A DNA stretch of 64,000 nucleotides, taken from Kudoa neothunni (lineage: Eukaryota > Animalia > Cnidaria). The notes beneath the pieces are model-generated. The model did not search any database and was not told the origin of the DNA. It saw nothing but the letters and a program-made list of their open reading frames with translations. The stretch is from assembly GCA_964304625.1 (NCBI GenBank), contig OZ199838.1, positions 14,627,907 to 14,691,906 on the forward strand. The letters run 5' to 3'. Below are positions 54,782 to 64,000 of this stretch, one piece after another; position 1 is the stretch's first letter; every line of letters starts with the position of its first letter. The translations under genes were made by a program, and so were the position numbers.

Positions 54782-57546
54782 TTAAACAAGCGAAGACGGT
54801 CCATTGGGCGAGTGACAATAAAAGCTGGGTTTTAGTCAAAACAAATCAGCCCATCTGCTATTAATTATTTTAACCAATGAAAATTTTTGGAGAAGAAAAT
54901 CCAGCTTGAAGATTACAGTTATACGTTCAATTATTATTTGTGCCACTCATGTCTTAAACCACTTGAGCTTAAAACATCATTCTTCGGAATGTAGAGAACT
55001 ATATCTGTTTCAACTCCGAAACTAAAGTTTTACCAAAAAAATTAATAAAATCTATTTTTTGTAGAGAAATAATAAATATAAATAAACATATGAAATTATT
55101 TGAGGTCGTACGTTGGCATCAACTATGTTTATTGGTTTCAAAACTAAAACTAAATAAGTGGTAACCCTACTTATTGGAATGAAATATTAAAAAAATAATG
55201 CAGAAAATCTTTTGATATTCGCACTTTTGGTCAATAATTTCTATAAATCACGTTGAAAACATTTTTTGAATTATACGCATCTTGATATCTTAATATTAAA
55301 ACGTGAAGATTTTTACCTAAATTTATCATAAATATATATGAACTCTAATATTTCAACATCCTTGCATTCATTATTTAACTATTTATTCACTGATCAATGT
55401 TTGTAATCCTTATTTTACTATTTTATTGAATGCCAATTCTCATGACAGAAGTCAATTCAACAATAATTATATATTATTCTTAATTTTTTTTATTTTTTTC
55501 ATATGCACTAATTTATTATCAAGTTTTAATGAAATTCGAGGTTTTCCGGAAATGGCACTTTCATAATTTAATCTAAGAAAAATAATAGAACGACCTCAAT
55601 TCATGTAAGATTCATTTTCTAAAATAACTTTGAAAATTCTACTAAGTCTTTTATTCACCTCAGGTCTTATTAAACAGGAAACACGGAATATTTATAATGT
55701 ACTTTAAACAACATAAAAATAGACAAAAATATATTGAATCTGATTTCTTTAATGTTGTCTCTCTTATTCGTAATGAAAAAACTCACTGGAATAAAATTTT
55801 ATTGCTTATCTGATTAAATTTATTAATTTAAAAGATGTTTAATCTATAATAAGGATAAAACTTAAGATAGATATTTTGGGAGGTTTAACCATCAATTTAT
55901 AAATCATCACTTCTTTCATAAACTTTGTGATAAATAATAATTTTCGTGATTAGATAATAGTTATATATCGTTATGCTATTTTGGTATAACAATATATATT
56001 TATGCCCTTAAAAACTTATTGTTCGTCAGGGTATAAGCTATTCACAAAGCTGGGTAGACTATGATTTTCCTTTAAGTAATTCTGGAGGATAACAGTACAC
56101 ATTCATGGTTATATGAGGTTAATTCCTAAATAATTAAAACTGACAAGTCTTCCAAAAACAACACCTAATTGATAATACTCCATTTGTGATAAATGTAAAA
56201 AAAACTTTGAACTTTTTGAATTAAGTTTACAGTAGGGCATGGAATGATTTATTCATAATAGAACTTGTCATTTGCGGTGTATTATCGACAATCTGTAGAT
56301 AAAATATTATTATTCTATTTGATATTTCATAAACCACAACAAATAACAGCATGTTATATGAAACTGTTGAATGAACAAAAATATTTACTTATTAAACTGC
56401 CTCTATCAAGCTAGACTGGTGGATGAATAGACATGGTTATTTATCAGAATAATGAACATTAATTTATACAAATCCAATCAGTTGAGCACTAACTCTGCCG
56501 TATTACTGTAATCGACCCGATTATTGTCTACAATTAGACTAAAGCTAAACATGATAAACACTTTAAGCCGAATATAACAATTTCATTGGAAGCTAAGAGA
56601 ATACATAACCTATTGATGTTAAAAAGAAATTTATTCGTCATAATTTTCATATTTATTGGATTGTTAGGTTGGTTAAATTTTTCATCCAATGTTGACAATT
56701 TATCGTTATAAATTTTTCGCAAGATAAACAAGTTGAATCTGGTCTAAAAAAGAAACTTCAAAAGAATGCCAAATCATTTACGCAAAAATGTAAAAAATTG
56801 GTTAAAGGTATTATTACTGGTATGATAAGTTCTCACAACTACAGCTGCATTTAGAAGCACAAAAGAAAGTTAAAGAAAGAATCAAAAAATCAGGTGATCG
56901 ATTAGTTTCAAAAATAAAAGGTAACTAATAATTCTTAGGTTTCTTTAAAAAAGCATCAACTATTAACAATATCAATGCTGAGACATCCGTCTATAGTATG
57001 ATATTTTAAAATTTAAACTATCTAATTTAAAACGCACACATATCTGAATTTAAAAATGATAAACCCGATTTGTATTTAACAGGTGACTCCCTAAATTCAA
57101 TAAGTAGTTCTGAGCTGATTAATGGCAGGCAATCAGAAACAAACAGTTATATAATACAGTTTAATTCTAATGTAATACATTCTTAGGGAAGCAATCCCCA
57201 GACGATCCAACTACTAATGGTAATTTAGTTGCGTAGTTATTTGAATAAAATAAATTAAATATCTATACAGTTTCAACGGCAACAATTGATATTACCACTC
57301 CATATGGGACAAAAAAACCGAGAGTGTATTGTTCAGCTATAATATACAATTTTGTTTTAATTAAATTTAGTGCTCTCATACTTGGTATTTCACTGTAATT
57401 CGTAACTAAAATACATATGTTGTTGATTGTTAATTTATTTAACTATTTATTCGATTAGTGGGATTGGTTGTACTGTTCTGCTCATCCTACTGGCGGTATC
57501 CCTATATTTTTTATGCAGGAAAAAGACAAAAGAAGAAGAATTATAA
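54782..57546 (+). CDS. Unidentified many-exon gene for a probable single-pass membrane protein; 5' part uncertain or disrupted
   Basis: The 3' exons splice in frame: AQKKVKERIKKSGDRLVSKIK|GFFKKASTINNINAETSVY|SDSLNSISSSELINGRQSETN|RKQSPDDPTTN|VSTATIDITTPYGTKKPR|...GIGCTVLLILLAVSLYFLCRKKTKEEEL*. Upstream exon-like segments contain stops; start not determined. Confidence 0.5.
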
Positions 57547-57811
57547 ACTTCGGTTTGAAGTTTCGAATTAATTTTATAATTTTTTTACTGATTACTTATC
57601 TATGAGCGTATTTATACGATGATTAATAAAAATTTTTCACATTACTCAGGCTAAAAACTGGGCAGGACCATAACACGAAAATTTAATGGTAAAATTATCT
57701 ATTCTGCGGTGCAAAAATGTTTTATTCCGTTGAATTTTTTTATTATACTCATTGATATGCCTTAACCGATTATAAAAGTGGCCCGAACAACCAAAACTGC
57801 ACTGCCTAATA

Positions 57812-57850
57812 CAGGGGTCGACAACCTACGGCCCGCCATGTGAGGGCCCA
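57812..57850 (+). mobile_element. Isolated hAT (Charlie-type) left end
   Basis: CAGGGGTCGACAACCTACGGCCCG matches a typical hAT-Charlie TIR. No matching right end was found. Confidence 0.45.
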
Positions 57851-57972
57851 TATGAAAATTTTTCCTAATATCTAAAATCCGTGAATAATTTTTTATTTTC
57901 TGTTCAGGTCATTTCTCTAAATGTTAATATGTTGTTGATATAAACAGTTTAGTGAATAAAATTCATGCTAAT

Positions 57973-60409
57973 GGTGTACTTACCGACTACCAGAATTCGG
58001 CAAAATGTGATTTTTTCGTAGATATAGTTCATTCACTCTGAAAAGTTGCATCATATAAATATAAATCAATTCTTTTTGTTTCTAATGTTTCCTAAATTCG
58101 TTGTCGTAATCCATTAATTGAGCATAACATAACACGTGACGCCAAATAAAGATATCCTCAAACTATATGTTTTCTCACATTTTATCGCGATATATAGCTC
58201 ATAATAATATAATATTAGAATCTAATATAGTTACGCATATATGTGATTTAAGTTTGTATTTTATCACTTAAGCTTAAGGATGCACGTTTTCAGAAAATAA
58301 GGCGGCAATGGTTGATATTAAATCAGATGATGAGTTTTTTTGCTTATAAATAATAATGAAATTCTATTTAACTTTTTGGTTTCGAGAAAAATCGTCCATG
58401 GCCTTCCGAAACAATGTAGAAACTGTAGAGGTTGCGACACAATGTATATCTCTATAAGAAAGAGAAAGCAAACTAGCTAATTAATTTATTCGTTAAATAA
58501 TGATGAAAATATAGTTATATACGCATTTTGAAAGTAATTGAAATACAATAAATGGTTTTCATTAAATAAGACAGATGTAAAACAAAACTATGCCCAACCA
58601 AAAAAACTTTTTTTACCGAGAATAATGAGGGAACAAAACAAAAATTAACTACCAAGAATATCTTAAAGATCTTGTACTATTGGTCTTTAAATAATACTAT
58701 TGAATCAATCTCATCAATGGTTTCTGTCTCTAAAAAATCGATTATAAATTGGTTTTTTTAAATTCAAACCATTTGTACAAACCACTTCCTCAATCGGCAA
58801 AAATTCGGCAGTGAAGGATACGTTATTGAAATTGACGAAAGTCTATCGCATGGCAAAAGAAAAAATAACAGGGCCGTTACTTGAACGGAGATTCTTGGAA
58901 ACATTCTTCTACAAAGGAAATTTTCATCCCTGAGAATGAAGTGACAGTAATAAGAAGAAAAATTTAATTAATTTGTTGTCTTCTAGACGGATGGAAGTGG
59001 AAATGAGTATTGCCCTGATTGTGGAGAATTGTCCGACGAATATATGTGTATATCTTATCTAACTATACGATAGTAAATTTTATAAATTAGCTCTATGTTC
59101 GAATTCTGAAAAATATTGGAATAGGGTGGACGGTCCCTGGGTTTTTGGTCTTTGCTTGTGCTCAGTTGATCCTGATGGGAAAAGGACTCTAAGAGAGGTA
59201 AGGTATTTGAGTGTTCAAAGAAGAAATCATGAAACTCTGATACCAATAATTGAGAACGAGGTCCTTAAAGGGTCAACTATTTACAGTGACGAATGGCCTG
59301 CTTACAATAAACTATCAGAACGAGGCTACAATCACATTCGAATCAACCATTCCCTAAGTTATTGTATTAATGAAGCACATTCGAATACTATCGAACCCTG
59401 TTGGGGTCGGCTCAAACTTAAGATCCTTAAAATTAAGAGAGGTGTGAGTCGACTAAATTTCGATAGTTACCTGTATGAAGAATGGTTCCGATCTATTATG
59501 GGTGGGAAACTCAATTTATTTAACAACTATTTGAATATTATTGATAAATATTACCCAACTGAATAAACCGTCTAATTTTTTGCGCAATAAAAACATATTA
59601 AATGTCTAAAGTTGATTGGAATAATTTTCTCAATCTAACATCATAATTATATAGGGATATTAATGATTTCATATGTGACGTGTAAAATAAACTTTACCAA
59701 ATAAGACTTATACAAATGAATATACTATGATATAATGAAAGTGTTAAAATATAACTATAAAAGAATAAACAACATTAAAATCATTCAACTTTTAAAATAT
59801 TGTAATAGAATCCATAACTCTATAAGCTTTATATTAACTGATTTATTTACGCCTAAGGTATATTTTTGAACGTTTTGTGAAAAAGATATATTATCGTTAA
59901 AATTATTTTTAACTTTATGCATAAACAAGAAACATTTGAGTAGATAGAAAAAGAAATTGTCATAAGATATAAAAATTATTAGTTGAAATAAAATAATATG
60001 TTTAGCTCATTTCGTAAAATATTATCTACTTTTTGGTAGAAAATTTTCTATAAAAAAATTATAAACTAAAAAACCAAAATTCTTTTTTAAAATTATTTAT
60101 AAATTTTGGTTTTTCCATTTTAAATTTGTGTATTGTGAAAATTTCCAAAATAAAATGATTCATTTGTAATTGATTAAATCGGCAAATAAGTAGATTTCAC
60201 ATATTTTAAAAATCATTTTTCAATAAGTAAATAGGATAACTTCACAAAAACATTAATTTAAATTGGTTAAAACAGGAAAACAATACCTAAAATAGTATCA
60301 TACCGGAGATTAATGCAACATTTAAAGGATTATGACAACGAATCCAGGGAACATTAGAAACGAAAAAATCACGACATCTTGCCGAATTCTGGTAGCCGGT
60401 AAGTACACC
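57973..60409 (+). mobile_element. Merlin (ISXO2/IS1016-like) transposon with disrupted transposase
   Basis: About 30-bp TIRs GGTGTACTTACCG(A/G)CTACCAGAATTCGGCAA at 57973 and, inverted, ending 60409. Transposase fragments VIEIDESL...KRKNNR, GPWVFG, TLIPII, IYSDEWPAY, INHS and HSNTIEPCW (ORF 59126-59566). Confidence 0.9.
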
Positions 60410-60910
60410 ATTACCAAATTTATTTTCATTACCTCAGTAAACCTGAAACAATATGACTGTTAAAATAACATTAAAATTATTTTTTTAATGAAAGTATAAA
60501 ATATTTTTAAAAAGGGCGTATAGGTAGATCTCATTTGACATCATCAAATAAATCGTTTTTTCACGAGTTGGTTTTACTGCAAGTGAAAGTTACTAGTATA
60601 TAATACCTTTAGTTTTTTATATTTTTATAGTTTAACTGATAATAATAAATTCTAATTTAAATATTTAAATTCAAAATTTGAGTAAAGAATAATTAAAACA
60701 TTTTGCCATAATTTACGTTATGCGTCCCGATAAAGTTTTCTTAAAATTTACCTATTTTGATATTTATGAAATGTTCAATAATACCGCTTTAGAATCTGCG
60801 AATTATGGAAGGAAGAAAACGAAACGTGGATTTTGAGGGCTGAATATTCAACGATGATTGGACGTAACAATATTTCTTCGCTGAAAGGTTTGGACATTGT
60901 TTTTGTTTAA

Positions 60911-62024
60911 TCCTCGAAGGAACGTGCTCAAAAAACTTACGCGTGTAACTATGGGGTACCTCGGGTATCCCATAAGTTTTCTATGATAGCGACTGTATTT
61001 TCTCTTAATTTTTTAAATTTACAAATGGTATATTTATGACTATTAAAAATGATATCCGAATGATCGAAAAAATAAGTGAATCAATAGGAAATTTCAAGAA
61101 CATTTCAATAAGCATTACCAATATAATCTCTCACAATCTATCTTATCGCTAAGTTATAAGACAGATACGAATATTTCAAATCCTTTCCGATCGTTAGGAA
61201 ATAAAAAAAATGTTTCACGGTTATTCTTTTCGCAAATAATAACACACACGGTTGACCTTGGCAATCTCTACGTTGATTGATTGTTGGATTATATTAGATC
61301 TAATTCAATTCACTGAACGGAATAAAAATGTGTTATGGTCCAAATTTTAATTGTTTATTTTTGGGGTTTTCTTATTAAGTCGTATTTTCTCAAAATTAGT
61401 ATTTTCTTTTCTTCATTCAATTACTTTTGCGCCACACTAATTAAATATTTAAAGATGAATCAAAATTGCATAATTTAATCCATTATGATAATACTGCACA
61501 TAGAAAGAAAATATGTACGGGCGTTCTAGGACAAATTGAAGCGTCATATTTTAATAAATGATAAAAATTAATAAATGTTATAAAAACGTATCAAAAATAT
61601 GATACCGCCCTTAATTATTGAGAATTAACAAGTTTTGGTAAGTATTAACGTGAATCCCTAAGACTATCCTTTGACGTCATCGGAATCCTATTATACAACG
61701 CGGGGGAAATCAAAACTATAATATTCTCCTTGTATTTTTTATTCATTCGTGTCATTATAATTACTTTATTTCTATATAATAGATAACATTTGATATTACG
61801 CTTAAAACATGATTTTTCGGGCGTGTTAATAAACCGACGTCACATTGAACACATTTTTTGCCAGTATATATGTCGTCTCTTTTTTACAAAAGTTAATATA
61901 AACAAAATTGGCATAACTGTAGAAGATTACACGAACCAATAAGTTAGAATTTAGAGTTTTGATGGGTAACAACACAGACTTAGAAAAATGGGGTCTCGGA
62001 AAACCCCGCATGGTCCCGGGAGGG
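60911..62024. mobile_element. piggyBac-type MITE (degenerate)
   Basis: TTAA|TCCTCGAAGG ... CCCGGGAGGG|TTAA, with subterminal palindromes TGGGGTACCTCGGGTATCCCA and GGGGTCTCGGAAAACCCC. Confidence 0.55.
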
Positions 62025-62469
62025 TTAACTAAACCGTCAGATTGCAAAAATAATGACAAGCTTTAAAATGCAACAATTAAAACAGAAAAATAAAATCTAC
62101 AGAGTTTAACGTGCTAATTAGATTAAATCTTACGTAGAATTTCTCCATTCAAAAATAATAGTTAAAATTCTCCATCACATAATATCATAATACCAGGAAA
62201 AGCTGAGCATTAGCGCTAATGTAATAAATATAAATTTAAAGCGAATCTCATATCATAAATAAATTTCAGGATTCACAATCATGTATTATATCCATCAAAG
62301 TAATTGTGAAAAAAATATTCTATTCAAATCATAATCATCTCAACCATCACTCCAATAGTTGCTAAGAAAAAACTCAAACATAAATTAGGTAATCATCAAC
62401 ATGATTCTAATATACAAATATTGATGACTATATTAATAGAAAACTGCAAACAATCGGATGTAACTACGT

Positions 62470-63149
62470 TTATTCAGCATTTTCGTTTACAACGACGTGA
62501 TGATGTAGTTGTGATTTTACAAAAAATGAGCTACTACTTCTTGGATACAACTAATCCAATCTCAAAAATTGGTTCACATGTACAAAAATACCAGAAACAA
62601 AACTTTGGAAACTATAAGATTGTATGGAATTTGGCCAAATGAGCGCGAATCTTTACTTTGTTGGGCGTTGTCCCCTAATAACCAAACATGACCTTTCGCT
62701 ATCTATACCAATCGTTTTCAAAGTCAAATTTGAATCAGGCATCAATATGAAATACATATTCGGTTTTATATCGGCCTTGGTAATAGTAACGTATTTCATT
62801 GGTAGGCATCCCAGATATTCGTTTACATATACAATATCGAGAATCTTGCGGTTGTTTTGCAATTATTACATCCCCTCTATTGGGAAAATAGTCGTTAGAA
62901 ATGGTAAACTATACCATTTTTATCACAATTTTAGACGGTTAAAACGTGGTGATAGCTTGTCCACTAAAATCCATGAATAATCTGATGTATCATTGAAGGT
63001 CGGTTGCATTGACGCTCCATGAATCTATTCGAAGCTGATTTAATTGTTAGAAAAAATCTTTATACTATTTCTAGGTCAATTATATTATTTCTTATCACAC
63101 TGGTCACAACACAAAATGATGCAACGCTTTTGAGCGCCTTGAAGGCCAT
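62470..63149 (-). CDS. IMMP1L: Mitochondrial inner membrane peptidase subunit 1 (S26 family), 5 exons, absent from the ORF track
   Basis: MAFKALKSVASFCVVTSVIRNNIIDLEI|IHGASMQPTFNDTSDYSWILVDKLSPRFNRLKL|GDVIIAKQPQDSRYCICKRISGMPTNEIRYYYQGRYKTEY|IAKGHVWLLGDNAQQSKDSRSFGQIPYNLIVSKVLFL|LYPRSSS...NENAE*. Catalytic Ser (GxSMxPT) and Lys (CKR), plus GDN...SxDSR. Confidence 0.92.
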
Positions 63150-64000
63150 ACGCTACTTCAAATAATGCGTGAGACCTTTATTTTAAAAGTTTTGGAGTTT
63201 TCTCGAGAAATTAAACTCAAATTGACAGCAATTTTCGTAGTCAAACTTCACCGAGGGATCTGATATGACTAAGTTCGGAGATGTCCGGAAAGAGTGTAAA
63301 TCATGCGAATAGATGCTAGATTATTGTTTAACAAATAAATGTCGATGTGTAAAAGTCACATAAAATTTTGTAATCTTAATGCTAATTTTTGATAAATAGG
63401 TCAGTCCCGAGAGAATTAATGACTGATGTTGAATCATTTTGAGTCATGGATTCACCTGGAGAAATAGTGAAAATTTTAGTTGTCACTAAATATTCCACAA
63501 TCCCATCTTTTTAGTTCACTGATTCCGGTCATGGGAATAATAAATTACCCCTATTTTATTTGGTGATAATTATAAAGCTTATGACACTTGGAAAACACCC
63601 TTTTCTCATTTTTTACGGCTGCTAAATTGCCTATTACAGCAATCCAATTTTTAGTGACAATGTTAGAAATTGTAAATCTACGATAGTTTATTTCGAATGA
63701 AAGATAGGCGTGATTAGGTAAAATTTCGTTAATTTATGTTTGACTGTCAACTATCATACATGATTTATATGAACCAACCCGTTCAATTTTTTAAACCAAC
63801 CTAAAATTTATGTACTGCTAGGATATTGTAATATAATTGCTAACTTTAAATAAACTTTCCAAGTAATAATTATTTACCGAGAAAATTTAATTAAACCAGA
63901 GTCCGAACGTGAACAATAACGTTTAATGAGTTTTTATTTTTTTAAATAATAATTTTCGTATTATTTTCCCAAAGACAAATTCTCTACAGATGGTTTGGAT

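Noticed and set aside
63265-63620. Possible plus-strand gene start MTKFGDVRKE (porin-like) divergent from IMP1
   Set aside because: No consistent spliced frame could be built downstream.

Overview
This is AT-rich eukaryotic nuclear DNA, very likely animal. Genes are compact with mostly 28-70 nt GT-AG introns, separated by many decayed DNA transposons. The architecture and protein divergence suggest a reduced parasite such as a myxozoan or orthonectid (inference only). By manual splicing I recognise eIF2B-epsilon, a secreted five-domain Kunitz protein, ACBP/DBI, a shortened BRM/BRG1 SWI/SNF ATPase, and five mitochondrial-protein genes within about 33 kb (mL53, HSP10, p32/C1QBP, MRM2, IMP1). 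Three further multi-exon genes are unidentified. Mobile DNA includes one apparently intact DD34E IS630/Tc1-like element and remnants or MITEs of hAT, piggyBac, Merlin, pogo/Tigger and Helitron types. The main leads are the mitochondrial gene cluster, the cysteine-reduced penta-Kunitz protein, the BRM lacking a bromodomain, an apparent 18-nt intron, and recurrent +1 frameshifts that are most likely assembly errors. No CRISPR array, rRNA gene or intact tRNA gene was seen. All gene models are hand-built; no database search was run.
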